Part shown: positions 1-13,096 of the stretch, in pieces
Layout: each line of letters begins with the position of its first letter
How positions within the stretch are numbered: position 1 is the stretch's first letter
Source: Catajapyx aquilonaris
Lineage: Eukaryota
Length of the DNA: 37,887 nucleotides
Direction: 5' to 3'
Assembly: GCA_000934665.2 (NCBI GenBank)
Contig: JYFJ02003781.1
Location: 1-37,887, forward strand
Program-made: the position numbers and the translations under genes
The notes under the pieces: model-generated
Told to the model about the DNA's origin: nothing
The model's database searches: none
The model's input: only the letters and a program-made list of their open reading frames with translations

Positions 1-171
1 CTGCGCACTCACTCACTCGATTTGTAAACAGTGGCAACAATGGAAGCGCTCTCCATGGGCTGATGTTTGAACTGGCCCGCCGGACGGGGTTGCCAGGTAA
101 CGGGCTACAATATAAGCAGCTTAGGCCGAATTTGTCAATAACTAAAACGACAAAAAAGTTTGATCACCCTG
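1..171. mobile_element. Partial Tc1/mariner-type MITE (same family as 16060-16435, opposite orientation)
   Basis: Reverse complement of the left arm of the 16060 element; ends ...CACCCTG|TA; cut by the window start. Confidence 0.85.
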
Positions 172-277
172 TATAATATATTCTTATGATATATATTATA
201 TATATTATATTATATATTATATATATTATATATTATATATTATATATATATATTATATATTATATATAATGATATAT
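172..277. repeat. (TA)n/(TATTATA)n low-complexity tract
   Basis: Direct reading; begins at the TA target site of the adjacent MITE. Confidence 0.9.
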
Positions 278-1118
278 TTGTTTTTCTGGTGGAGCTATTT
301 ATAATGATGTATCATAAAGAAGGCATAGTTACAGAAGTTACAGAAAGTAACTTTTGATGAATTAATTTAAATCGTGAGTCCCACCATGATGTTGTGACTA
401 AGGGCATAAAACTCCAGGAGAGGGGGATTGAGCAGAGATCATCTGGCTGTGATCCCACAAAAATCTATCCAGTCTGGTAGGCCCTGCCAGTAGCTAAGCT
501 ACTTCTTGGGACATCAAGGTGGGAAGGTCTAACTCTAAGCTATAGGACATATTTTTGTGCTCTTAAGTTGATACGAAGAGTGTAAGATGTAAAGCCGCAT
601 TTTCGATAGCCTTTACGTGAATTTCGATTTTCAGACCAAGTTCGGAACTTATGTGAAAACCTCGCCTTATACAGGCATACCTCGCCTTATACCGGAATGC
701 CGGCATAGCCACCAGTTCATGCATTTCTAAAAACTGGTCGACCTCGCATGCTGCTTTATGAGAGGTAATTACGGTATTCTGCCCATCCTGTCCATTCGGC
801 ACTTTGTTGTATTCCCCCCTTCTTCCCTCCATTTCTGCGAGTACTTGACCAGGCTCCAGAATTTTTTTACATAATGCTCATGTGAGAGTAATGAGGACCT
901 CCTCCTCATTAGTAATTATCCACTGCCACCCCAATATTTGGGAAAAGCCGTGATGTATATGAATGTATGTATGTATGTATGAATTAATGTATTTATTCTG
1001 CAGCAATCACCATGGCAACATATGTAAAAGGATAGCAGTAAACAACCAGTTACCCCAGGGGGCAAGCTACCCCGGGTCACCTGACTATATACCTATATGG
1101 TATATAGGTATATAGTGA

Positions 1119-1469
1119 GGGGAGGCGAAGTGGTGCTGCGGTAACGTACGCGCCCACGGATGTTAAGGTCCCGGGTTCGATCCCAACCCGGGGACACCCC
1201 CTTCATCTCGTGCAGAGTTCATTGGGTCACCTCTGGCTTCGTCTCGGGTGGTATTTCCTACAGACTAAACCACCCGGGGGAGTTCACTAAAAATGGCCAC
1301 ATAAAGACATTGCACTGCACCTTGCACATCCCCTCCTGTCATCCTGCCCGTGGGCCCAGGCGTTACGTATAAAGGCTCCAATGTACACGACAAAAATAAA
1401 TAAAGGTCCGTGCTACATACCTCTGATGAGGTCAGCACTACCCCGGATTATTTTTATTATTATTATTAT
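1119..1469 (+). mobile_element. tRNA-derived SINE family A, copy A1 (tail Y, (TTA)n end)
   Basis: A box AGTGGTGCTGCGG, B box GGTTCGATCCC, shared core; TSD TATATAGGTATATA at 1101-1114 and 1470-1483. Confidence 0.9.
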
Positions 1470-1587
1470 TATATAGGTATATATTCTGGTGGATCCTTTT
1501 ACATATGTTGCCATGGTGATTGCCTGCGGTCAAGCTTACCCGGGGTCACCAGACTAGGGGCCTTGATAGCAAAGGGGAATTCCTTAA

Positions 1588-2094
1588 GGGGGCGCATTAG
1601 TAAAAAAATACGGTAACAATCGGTAACAATGCGAGCCCTTGGCGACTACGTAAACAAACTTGCGTTTGCATGGACAGCATATGGGGATTCGACATGTCCA
1701 CGCTTCTGCGGCCGTACGGCCACAAAAATTGAGCAATGGACACAAAAATTACACCAAAAAATAGGACATGATCTGGCGCAGGGCACCTTCGGCATAATTT
1801 TACCATTTTCGGCCTAGAAGTGACCTTTTCATCGAGTTGAAGTGAAAGGAAAATGGCGTTCCCGAAAAGCCCATTTGAATAACATGGCGGCAGGAACGCG
1901 ACAAATTCGGGAACGCTTTGGCACCCGTATGTCCACAATTTTAATGCAATCACATCGAGTATGGTACCATAGTAAAGGCCAAACCTTTCTGCAGGGCACC
2001 TTTGGCGTGATTTTTCCGATTAACCGTCCGTTTCGCCACAAAAAATAAAATTCCCTCAAAAATGCGCCTACCGTATTTTTACTCCTGCGCCCCC
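1588..2094. mobile_element. Non-autonomous DNA transposon, TTAA TSD, GGGGGCGCA termini (Kolobok-like)
   Basis: TTAA on both sides; ~27-bp imperfect TIR GGGGGCGCA..AGTAAAAA..TACGGTA; internal direct repeat GCAGGGCACCTT.GGC. Confidence 0.75.
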
Positions 2095-2761
2095 TTAAGA
2101 GTGTGGAAGAGGAGTATGGACTTTCATTTCATCCGAGGATAATAATGTAACAATAATATGGTGAGGTTGTAAACAGGAATAGGCGTTGCTAGGTGATGTC
2201 ATCATGAACAAAATAAAGGAAGTAATGATGGGAAAGAATAAGACAAAAAAATCATAACTTCAATCCCGTAGGCAGAACTGTGATGTTTTGAACACAGGTC
2301 CGCACTGTCCTGTTGCAAATTCGGCCCTTTGAAGAAGAAACCAAATTCTGAATAGTTATTGAGAAAAAAATATGAATGTATTTTTTAGTGGTTTTTAATT
2401 TTTTCCGGTGTTTTGAAGAGGAATTCAGTTTAGCTATAAATGGTTGGAATGCACTTCACGACGGTGGGGATCTGTGTTCAAAATTTGGAAGTTCTACCTA
2501 CAGCAGAACTTGAGTAAGGGCGAATTTTAAAAAACATAAAAAGAAGTAGAACAACTAGAAGATGGAAAAATTCATCGTTGAAATGCTATGCTACGGTCTT
2601 ACTTAGGGGCTACCGCACCTAACATTTGGAAGTGTATTCAGTGTCTGCATCTTGGCCTGATCCATAAGGCTGTGGCAGTTTGGGCTAAAGCTGATAAGTG
2701 ATTATTTTGATATGAGCTTGAATGTGTATGTGTGCTAACAGGTGCAATGGGACAGTCATTA

Positions 2762-2972
2762 CAGGGGTCGAATCATAAATATTTTGTCCATATGCAAAGT
2801 ATGCTCTCCAGACTTTCATCTGGAGAGAAAATTACTTACTTGGAGTGCTTAATTTTAAGTAATGGGTTTAGCCATGTTAAAAAGCAGGACCAACTGGACT
2901 ACAAACGTTGCACTTCATGGCTCACTCTGGAGTGCAAATAATAATTTGGGAGTGCAAATATTTCAACCCCTG
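2762..2972. mobile_element. Small Tc1/mariner-type MITE
   Basis: TA|CAGGGGTCGAA ... TTCAACCCCTG|TA. Confidence 0.5.
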
Positions 2973-3411
2973 TAATCATATTTTTTATTTATTTAATATT
3001 TTTCCCATGTTAAAAGTTTTAAAACATTATTTAACCATGACTTTAGAAGTAGTTCCCTCAGATCTCTTAGGTATACCGGTATGTCTTATGACTGAGACAC
3101 TTCCTGCCAGTGGATAATAAAACAAGACACTACCAGCAGTCTCTGGCAAGCCCCACCATATCAGTAATGCATATGTGGCCTCTCTGAGAAGGGTGGCCCT
3201 TAGTGATGTAGTTGCTGATAATTACTTTTTTTGAAACTAAAGATTATTGTGTTGAGGTCTTTCTGCAGGATTTTCACATTATCATCTACAACCCCATTGA
3301 ACCACCATTAACTGATATGTCAAAATTCTGGTATATTTATTGTGATAGTAACTCATTTTTCACGAAAAATAGATCACAGTTTTTAATTACTGTTGGCTTT
3401 TCTTATTACAG

Positions 3412-3548
3412 AGAGCTGACAAGAGAATCATATGCTTCTGATCAACGAATCAGCAATCTGTTTGATACGTGGCGTCCAAAAACCGCGCGGAAATCAGATC
3501 TGCCAGGAATCAAAGAAAATCAGAGCTTTTTTACAGGATCTGTCTCAG
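3412..3548 (+). CDS. IFT140: IFT140 exon (first found in window): [27 protein letters not shown]...FFTGSVS
   Basis: ttacag acceptor, G|gtgaga donor; aligns to the LA.AAV.GDE.ALD.F..W region of IFT140; phase 1 joins the next exon. Confidence 0.8.
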
Positions 3549-6500
3549 GTGAGATGACAGCAGCGATAAAGAGAAATTTTTTCAAATGACTTTTCTCCCC
3601 TGGTTGAAAATAAGTAGTCTCACTTTTGAGAGTGACATCAGACTCAACCAAACCTCCCAGCCCTCACATCACAGCCTGTCACACTGATATCAATCCTAGT
3701 GCCCCACACTATGTGTGATGTATTTAAGGGAAGTTAAGATACACTGTACATTGGTACAGTACTCCCAATTATCCAGGTGCAGATGATCTGTGTTTCGGGT
3801 TATCCATGCATTGCCAAAAACAAAAGTTACAAATGAAAGTAAAAAAAAAAATGTCAATATGTCTTACAAAAAAAGAAATCTAACAGGCTTTCTCCAGATG
3901 ACAATCTAAAAATCTATGGTAAATTTCATTATTTTGATTAAACACTATTATTTTAAAGCAGCATACACTATGTACATTTTCATTTTCTTAAAAACCTATG
4001 AATAACTAATTTTAAGATTTCTAGGACCATTTTCAGACTAACCATCTTTTCCGAATATTCAGGCACACTTTAGTAGTGCATTCATTAGCACATATTATCA
4101 GGAGTACAGTGTATTTTCAGATTGGTTCCCCCAGGCCTTGGTCCATCATTTGTGGCCTGTTAGCAGTAATTTTGGTAGTGAAGGGTATATTCCGGTGTGG
4201 TATATTGAATATGCTCAGGGAATGTAAGTAACAACCAAATAATTTCACCCTGGAACCATGCCGTGGGGTCTTTTTGGACCCCAAGGAATTAAAATGCATT
4301 AAAATGATAATTACAATGAACTTTTGCCTTTTTTTTTACAGTATATAACAGGAAGTGCATGTTTATTTTGAATTAGCGATCATTTTAGGCATTGTTCAAA
4401 GAATGATTGCACATAGTCAATACATTGAAAAGTATTATACAAAAATCAGTAAAAATTAAAATATGGATGGGGTCCGAAAAGACCCCACGGCATGGTTGCT
4501 GTAACTTTCAGGCACGGCACGGTTCCAGGGTTAAAACATATCAGAAGGAAGGTTCGTCACATTGCAGGTCATGAATTTTCGCCCATAGCTTTACACATAT
4601 TTCTCATGAAGCATCACTTACATCTTGAGTATTAGCCACAAAGCAGATTTGAAGTATATGAGATAAGTGAGAAAGCCCTGAAGAGTTGTTCCAGTTCTTA
4701 TGGCAGGTACTAATACAGTATTAATAATTCTGCTATATACAGGGTTTTCTTTACTCTTGGATCTCAAAATGCTCTCATTCCTGCATTAGACAGGTTCTGA
4801 CAAAATGCAAAGAAATCTGCACTCACAGTGGAGACTGTGTCAGAGTTACGGCGACCCGACCATAAAGGCCCTGCACGATTTTTTTTTGCATTAGACAAGT
4901 GTCTGCTATGTCCAAGATTGGCTGTAGGTAGGTTTTACTCTATAACTCCTTCCAGGAATTGTGTACTACATCAATGAGTTGGGGGAATGCAAGGAGGTGC
5001 TGCAAACTGAAGGTGGTATTAAGCAACTGCTGGTTCATGACAAGCATGATTCGTTGGTGGTAATCACAGAAAGCTTGGTGATGGGACATTTTCAAGTGGA
5101 ACTAAATGGTGACATCACTGAACTTCAAAAGGTATGAGGAAGCAACAACTTTTGACATATTGTTACTTTGGCTACTGTTTTTCAGCAAGTGAAACTGAGT
5201 GGAAGGGCACAGGACACTTTTGTTTCTTGGGCTGGATTAGGAACATTGGCCATGTGCTCAGGAGACATGGCAGTGCGGATTTGGAAGCTGGACACTGGTG
5301 ATAATTGTGTTTTGCTAGCAGAAGGTCCCAACTTTCAAATACCATCTGAGTACATCACCTGCTTGGATTTTTCCCATGAATATGGTAATGCCAGTCATAT
5401 GTCTGTAGAATAAGTGCTCCTTAATGTAAACTGTACCTCATAGTGACAAAGCAGTCCTGAAGTTCTTGGCAATCACTTCAATGTAGTGATGCTCTTAAAG
5501 AGATTAAAGAGGTTAAGTTGGCTGGGAAGTGTCATTTGCTGGTGAGACACACCAGCCTTGTAGCATATTTTGGCAACAGGGCAGATATTTTGAAGATTTT
5601 GGAATAAGTTAATGCCGTAGCATTGGCTTCTGTCATATTAATGCCAGTGTTGCACCCACTTTGATAATAATGTGACAACTGTGTAGGTGGAAAAAAAATA
5701 TTGGGAGGACCATAAATAAACCACCAGATAATTGGTACCCATGAATAGATCCTAATTGTATAAAATTGAATTATGTTACATTTTATTACTTTTTCAAGAT
5801 TCACTTGACGAACATAAGATGGACCTGACAGTGGTCCAGACCTTTCTGATACTCATGATGTTACTTGAACTATTTAAAAAATGATATTAAGTTTTCCCCA
5901 CTGTACAGCATTATAGTGTGCTCATGGAAGTCAGAGTATTTTTTTTTTTTATTTTTTTTTGCATTACCCCATTGGGATTTACCATATCCTTTAGGGGGGT
6001 GGATTACCACCATCAGAAATTGGAGCCATATAAGAAGATCTTAATTAATTACTCCAGGGTAGGTAGGAGGGGATGTGCAAAGTGCAAGTGCAATGTCTCT
6101 AATGGTCATTTTGTGAGCTCCCCCGGGTGGCTTAGTCTGTCGGAAATTGCCACCCGAAATGAAGCCAGAGATGGCCCAACTCTGCACGGATAAAGGTGGG
6201 AACCCCGGGTGGGGATCGAACCCCGGACCTTAATATCTGTGGGCGCGAGCGTTACCGCTGCGCCACTTCACCTCCCCTGAAGTCAGAGTATTAAATATAT
6301 TGCAACCAACATACTTGGCTGTCGTTTACAAATCATACACAGAATTCACAATGCATGACTCACCCCATACTCAAGTTGACTCATCACCTACAGTAGGTAC
6401 ATATATGTAGTTACCATAGTTTTCACTTTCCCCGTGCACCAATGAGAGGGCAGAGTAGGTCAATTCTCTATAGCTGCCGGAGAGGGTGGGACACACTTCA

Positions 6501-9500
6501 ACAGATGCGAGACACTTGCTGGTTATAGCAGTGCAGTGGTCTTTGTCCATGCAGTGACTCATCAGTCATCACCTACATGCATGTACTACATTTCCCCTGA
6601 GAGCAGCAGTAGTGTGCAGAGGGAGAACCTATGTGCCAACTGGTAGTGGCCTATTGTACTATGTCCAAGTGGGGGTGGGTGGACCAGGAGGTGTTGCCAA
6701 ATTCACTACTAGTGAATGAAGAAAAAATCATAATATTTAACCGCCCTTGACTGAACATACAAGACAGTTGAAGGAAGGTGTGGGATAAGTTTGACATCTG
6801 TGTCACTCGTGTGTGATTTGTTAAAAAAATAAAGTCCGGAATGACTTGAACACCCCTCGTATTTTTGAAAATGACAAGCCCTCCAGGTAGAGTGCCTGTT
6901 GCATTGGATATTCCTGAATTCAAAATTAACAATTGGAAGGTTCGGGAAACATTTCTCATTGTCTTTATTTCATTTGTGACAGACACTGTTAACTATTATC
7001 ATCTTTGTTAGGTGTTCTGGTTGCTGGAACCAATGTGGGAAATGTATTGATGTGGAAGTATCTTGGCATGAGCATAAGTGGTGATGAAAATGATTGGATC
7101 TTGCAAGTTCCAACCATTACTGATGGTGCTGTTAAACAAGTCAAATGGGGTCCTGGAAACATGGTGGCAGTAAATTCAGTCCGCGATGTTGTTATACTGA
7201 AGGAGCAACTGATGGCAGCCTGTTTGAAGGATCAAGTGAGTTGGCTTACCCTCAGATCAAGTGAGACTGATATATGACAAGAATTTCTCCTCTTCAGGTG
7301 TCAGCAATACAAGTGGCATCTGACATTATTTCTGTTAACTTCCTGGCACTTGACATACACACAGTATTGAAGACCGAGGTCCAGATAAAAGGAGTGTGTG
7401 TGTCACAAAACCACTTGGCCTTTTGGACTGGGAAGGCAATCCATGTGTATGAAGCATTTTCAACAGCTACCAGCCTTCGATCTTGTGGTAAGTGTCTGTC
7501 TGCTGATGTGAAAACTAGTCACTTGCAAGAATTTTGTTTACAGGCAATTTTGCTTCTGAATGTGATGATGCCGTGATCTACGAACGATACATATGCGTAT
7601 GTGAAAGTGATTCCATCAGCATGTGCACTTTCCAAGGGACAGTGAAGCAGACACTGACATTTTTGGCAGCTGAGGGACATCCGCTTACGATGGACATATC
7701 AGGATCTTTTCTCACAGTATCCACGATGACAGGCTACATAAAAATATGGGATCTTGCTTGGAAGTGAGTAAAAGAAAAATGTCATGTCACGTGCAAGGGT
7801 ATATGTGTTATGAGATGATCCATCTCCTTGGTACTGAGAACTTTTGAAGCATACTCTTCATCAGCACATTTTGTCGATAATACTCATCCTTGAGAACAAG
7901 TGATCGATGAAGGCTCTGTGAATCTATGGTTAGAGGCCTACAATTTGAAAGGGAATTGTGGCAACCCTTCTGATCACATGATTGAAAGCAACCTTGAATA
8001 CCTTCATATCTCACATTTTTATTTCCCATTGGCTTATTTGGATCAAGTTGCAGTGGTTTTCTTTCAAATGACAAAAGAGGCCCCATCAAACCAGACAAGA
8101 TCGCCATCTGCATCAGACATTTGCCCCAGAGCTCACCAGCTACTCAAATCTATGCTATGTGTCAAAAAATTTGTACCTGTGTTAGAGAGGAACTGCTTCA
8201 GTCTTTTCAACTTCTTCCATACGTGGCTGCCAGTTTAACTTTTCAACAGACATCACATCCATTTATACTGGATTGTACCAACTTGTATTATTTTACACCA
8301 TGACTCTAGCACACGTGCTTGCCAGCATATCTGAAATTACAAAGCAAAGGACAGGTTTATTTCTGAATGTTGTCCACTTGAAGCGCCTTTCTCACCGAAA
8401 CAAAAAACCTTGAGTTAGTTAGTGTAATATGGCCTTTTAAAAAGTACCACATGTAATTGTGAAAATACTGTTAATCATTTGAAATGTGATAAGAGAAACT
8501 TCCCCAATACTGAATCCTCCCTGTTATTGTTTTATAAATTCACCAGTGGCTTTGTCTTTGGGTTATCACTAAGGGAACATGTAGGAAATGGTGGATTTTG
8601 GCCAGCCCCCAGACACTTATACTACATTCTCATGTTATCACCTGCCAAGGCATTTTTCAGGGGGTGCTCACCTGAGAGCGCCATGAGACATTTCGGAGCC
8701 CAGGTAAGTGGCGACCCTGCCGGACTAGGCTGAACTTTATAGGTACGAAAGGGAAGCGGTACATGTGGGCCCAACATGACCGCCGGCGCCCATGTTGGGT
8801 CCCCCAATGTAGCGCTTCCGGTAGGGTCGCCACTTACCTGGGCTCCGAAATGTCTCATGGCGCTCTCAGGTGAGCACCCCCTGCAAAACGCCCCGGCAGG
8901 GGGTGGGTGGGAGTGACCAGACCTTACTTTCTATGACCGTGATTTTGGCAGCAAATTGGGTGACCATAAGGGCATGTTCAGAAGTGTGTTCAGGAGGGTA
9001 CTGGGAAAAAATGACTGGTACAGATTCTATCTTTCAGTCCAGTCGAATTTGACAAAACAATTCGAATTCTACTGAGGCTTTTGACACTGACTCAAAAGAA
9101 GATGGCTGAAAAGTGGGCTGAAAAGAAAAGTTCTGTACACCGATGCCCACGCCCACCAATCCTTTTAATTTGCTGTAACGAACCTTTGAGCTTATAATCC
9201 CTGGGACAACTGCAGCACACAATATGAGGTCCTCCCCCTTTGGATAATATCACAGCAAACTGCAGAACACACAAGAAGCTGTTGAAGGCAGTTGTTAGCG
9301 TACCAGAATTCTGCCAGCAAGGTCGTAAAATGTAACAAAATGAATTTACATTTTACCTGTAAATGGTACCAAAAAACTGTGGCAGAGTATAAGATTACGG
9401 AATCTTCTCCATGATATGATTTCATGGATTGAGCTGGTAATCAGCCTTCAACCATTCCCAAAGTTTTTTCCCACAATGGAGAATCACATGCATTGAGAAC

Positions 9501-12500
9501 AAATTATTCTCCAATGTGACTCAAAATCAGTAAATAAATAATGTGATCTTCAAGGCAAGGCTTGTGGACAGCAGTGAGTGTGCAATATTTATTATTAAGT
9601 ACCGTATACTCTGAATTGAGGTGGGCAGACTTGGCTGCCTGGCAGAGAGGGAGGGAGGCTAAGATGAGGAGGAGGCTGCTGTTGAACACAAATGCACTAC
9701 TTTTTTAAATATAATTTTGGTCACCAGGTTCTGAAAGCTACTCTTAATCACAGGAAAATAAGCTTCTCTTTGTGAATATTTAAGGCTCAGGAGGTTTAAC
9801 CGTGTTTGGGAAAAGCATATGAAAGCACTTCAACACCTGCAGAGAAACTTCCTAGGTGCAGCATAAGGCCCCTCGATCCTCCAACTGACCTTATTGCCCA
9901 TATTTTAATGAAGTTTAGGGGGATTAATCAGTTTGTGAAAAGCCCCCATTTCATACAGATGTCAGCAGGCAGGCATTGCCTTGACCCTCGGACAGTGATG
10001 TGGGCCCTTTTTGTGACCAACGCCACTATTTTCGCTGTAACATTGAAAATCTACCACATATGAGCTTCATCTTTAGGACATCTTAGTTTCATTAGTTTTG
10101 TAATTAATGGCATTTAGTTTAAATTTTTATAATAAATAGCATGATCAGGAAAAAATTAATTATGTACCGATGATGCGTAGTTGGGGCCAAGAGCATTCCA
10201 TCAATTCCTGCTTCACAGAAGGGGGACCTGAGCTTATCAGTACTGATAAGCTCAGGTCCCCCCTCTGGAAAGCTTATTGATTCATGAAGACAGCTTTGGT
10301 TTTGGGCTTTCAAAAGGAATCCGGTTCGGCCTAGGTGACACAATCACATTTTGGCCCCAAATACGCACCAGTGAGTAATTGATTTTTTTACGATCGTACT
10401 ATCTGCTCAAAAATTATAAACTAAATGCCATCCATCGCAGAAGGAATCAACCCAAGATCGTTTCAAAGATGAAGTCGAAATGTGCTATATTTTCCAAGTT
10501 ATAACAAAAAATGTGACCTGGTCACTAAAAGTGCCCACGTCACCGGAGCAAGAACTTATTGCACGTCACCGTTCTAGTGTTAAAAAGTCATTTCTGAAAA
10601 ATATGAAGATTGTCACTTTATAGAGAAAGCACATATGACTATTTACTGTTTAGAATGGGGTTAATGTTTTGTTGCAGTGATAAAAATCCTGCGTGAATCT
10701 GTCATTGTCATTCTAAGACCTAACCATGATGCTATGCAACATCTCTCTGGCTAAATTTGCCTTTGTATTAGAGGACAGCCCAATTTGATCCTGAGAAGGT
10801 ACTGCTTTGGGTTATTGTCTGGTAATATCTTTTCATATTTCCTATGTTCAACTTTTTTTCACCAAAAACTCAGATTTACGTGCTGCCAAGCAAATCCTCC
10901 CCTGGATATCCAATGGGGATGGGAGAGCAATCAAACATAATAGTGGCAAGATCATGCCATTTTCAGTATATTGACTTATACTTCCTTATCAGTGAATATC
11001 AGGTACACTACCTGATAATTTTTGCATATCCCTGGTGCTTTCACCTGGAGGCCGCCAGTACCACATGCATTTAAAATTATGACAGATGTCCACATTTCTC
11101 ATCAGCCAAAGCTGCACAGACAGTAAGTACGATTGTGGTCAAGTGTGGGAGGACGGGTGGAAAATTTTTAACAAGTAACTGAAAAATGGGAAGGTGTAAG
11201 TGCAGTGGGGTAAGATATGTCTGATGCAAAACCATTGCACACAACCGACAGTAATCAGGCATGATGCTATTCAATATAGATCTATTTGTATTAAATAGGC
11301 AGCCCACACAATCGACTCCTTCCTCATCATTAGGTGATCAATTTTAAAAAATGGCATGATGAATAAAATCATATTTACACAGCTTTTAAAATATCCTTAA
11401 ACCCCCTTATTATCATTATGTATTAATTTCACACTAATTACACACATACTGTATTAATAGGCCAATCTGTCATCCTTGTCACTTGTTCAAACCAATGACC
11501 ACAATCATACATGTCCTCCTCTCATGTAGGTTTGGCTTACTGGGAATCTGGACGTCCCTGTCATCATTTTGAATGCACGTGGCACTGGCGGCTGTCAAGT
11601 GGAGCACCAGGGGTACGCAAGAATTGTCGGGTAGTGTACAAGCCTGAACTTAATTTTTCGCATGGTAGTGTAAGGGGACAGTGTGAAGTTGCATATGACC
11701 TAATCCAACAAACCTTTCATAGCCAACAAAATTTTTATGGTTTTTCACTTATCCCGTTCATTTCAGAGAAGCCAAGCCCCACGCTAATCCGAGGAGCCTG
11801 GGTGACTCGATTCTCGACATAGGTGAGGTGATAAGTGCACGGTGCAGTTCTGATGGATCGCAAGTGGCCATAATCTTAGCAAATGTAACTGCCGTAACTA
11901 GTTAAATATTATAATGATGTATATGTTACGGGTCAATGTGTTCAACGCGGGCCTTTTGTAAAATGGCCGGGCACTGTATAGAATGCCCTTAACAAGTTTC
12001 GGTCAATGTATAAAATGTCCGGTCATTATACAGAATGCCTAGAGGGTGGTGGTCAATGTATTGAATTGCTCTGACAAGGAAATTTCAAAAAGGAGTTTTT
12101 TATTTAGATAATAAATCCCTTAGTCAAAATCAACATACAGGCATTATAATCAGAGTTAATCGTAAGGAACATTTATTGGAGCAAGGCAATAACTGTGGCA
12201 CTTGGAATTATAGAGCTGACCGGTAGCTCTGCACGCACATTTTTTTGACACACATTTGGTTTTGCAGTTGCATTTCTTATACCCCTGTGACCCTGACACT
12301 CTGTTGTAAGATGCTGCCTCCCTCAGAGAAATCACTTTCCTATCCACCTTTGCAGTACCAGCAGCTAACTCTAATAATTAATCTTTCTTTGCACGGATGT
12401 ATTTCTGCACACATGTACTTGTGCTTGAGCTGGCCATGTTCAGAGCAGTGTGTACAGGTCATCATCAACACGGGGAAAATACGTGAAATAAAACACGACT

Positions 12501-13023
12501 GAGAGGACAGACACGTCTATCTGAATAGAAGAATGTGTAGGAGCAATATGCAGACTACAAGCGATAACAGATGACGATAAAAGAATCAACACACTGCCCA
12601 ACGAACCGTGGGCATTATATAAAATGTCCAGCCCATTTGTAAAATGCCTTCCCATTATACACACTGCCCAAAAAATTGGGCATTCTATATAGTGCCCCAG
12701 TCATTTTACAAAATGCCTGGGTTAAACACATGACCGTAACGTATATTTGGTTCAACAATTCTTGTTGTTTATGTTACAGTCCAATCTGGTACCTGATCCT
12801 CGCCTTTACATTTGGCATATAGAAACAGATTCATTTCATTATTTCAACTTTTACACTGGAAAGAGGGAAGAAGAAGATGCTAATGTGCCTCCAAATTCAG
12901 TTGAGTCCAGTTACGCAGAAGAGTTTGGTGGAATGAATGTTAACAAGACTAATGGGTTGTAAGTACAGGAAAACTTATATAAGTCGAACTTCCCTCAGTC
13001 GAAGTTCTCTATAAGTTGAAGAA

Positions 13024-13096
<73 letters not shown>

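Noticed and set aside
563..832. 89-aa minus-strand ORF
   Set aside because: No recognisable domain or splice pattern; likely repeat-derived or spurious.
1119..1195. tRNA genes at the SINE heads (also 6200-6278, 13365-13435, 20531-20600, 35091-35165, 36005-36081)
   Set aside because: A and B boxes are present, but the heads continue into shared bodies and tails bounded by TSDs and lack good cloverleaf pairing; they are SINEs.
1421..1445. Hammerhead ribozyme suggested by CTGATGAG in tail Y of A1
   Set aside because: No downstream GAAA or stem II/III arrangement, and CTGATGA is not conserved in the other tail-Y copies.
3269..3330. Extra upstream IFT140 exon (ctgcag...TG|gtatat)
   Set aside because: Splicing to 3412 creates TGA at the junction, the other frames contain stops, and similarity is unconvincing; the N-terminal exons are presumed to lie upstream of the window.
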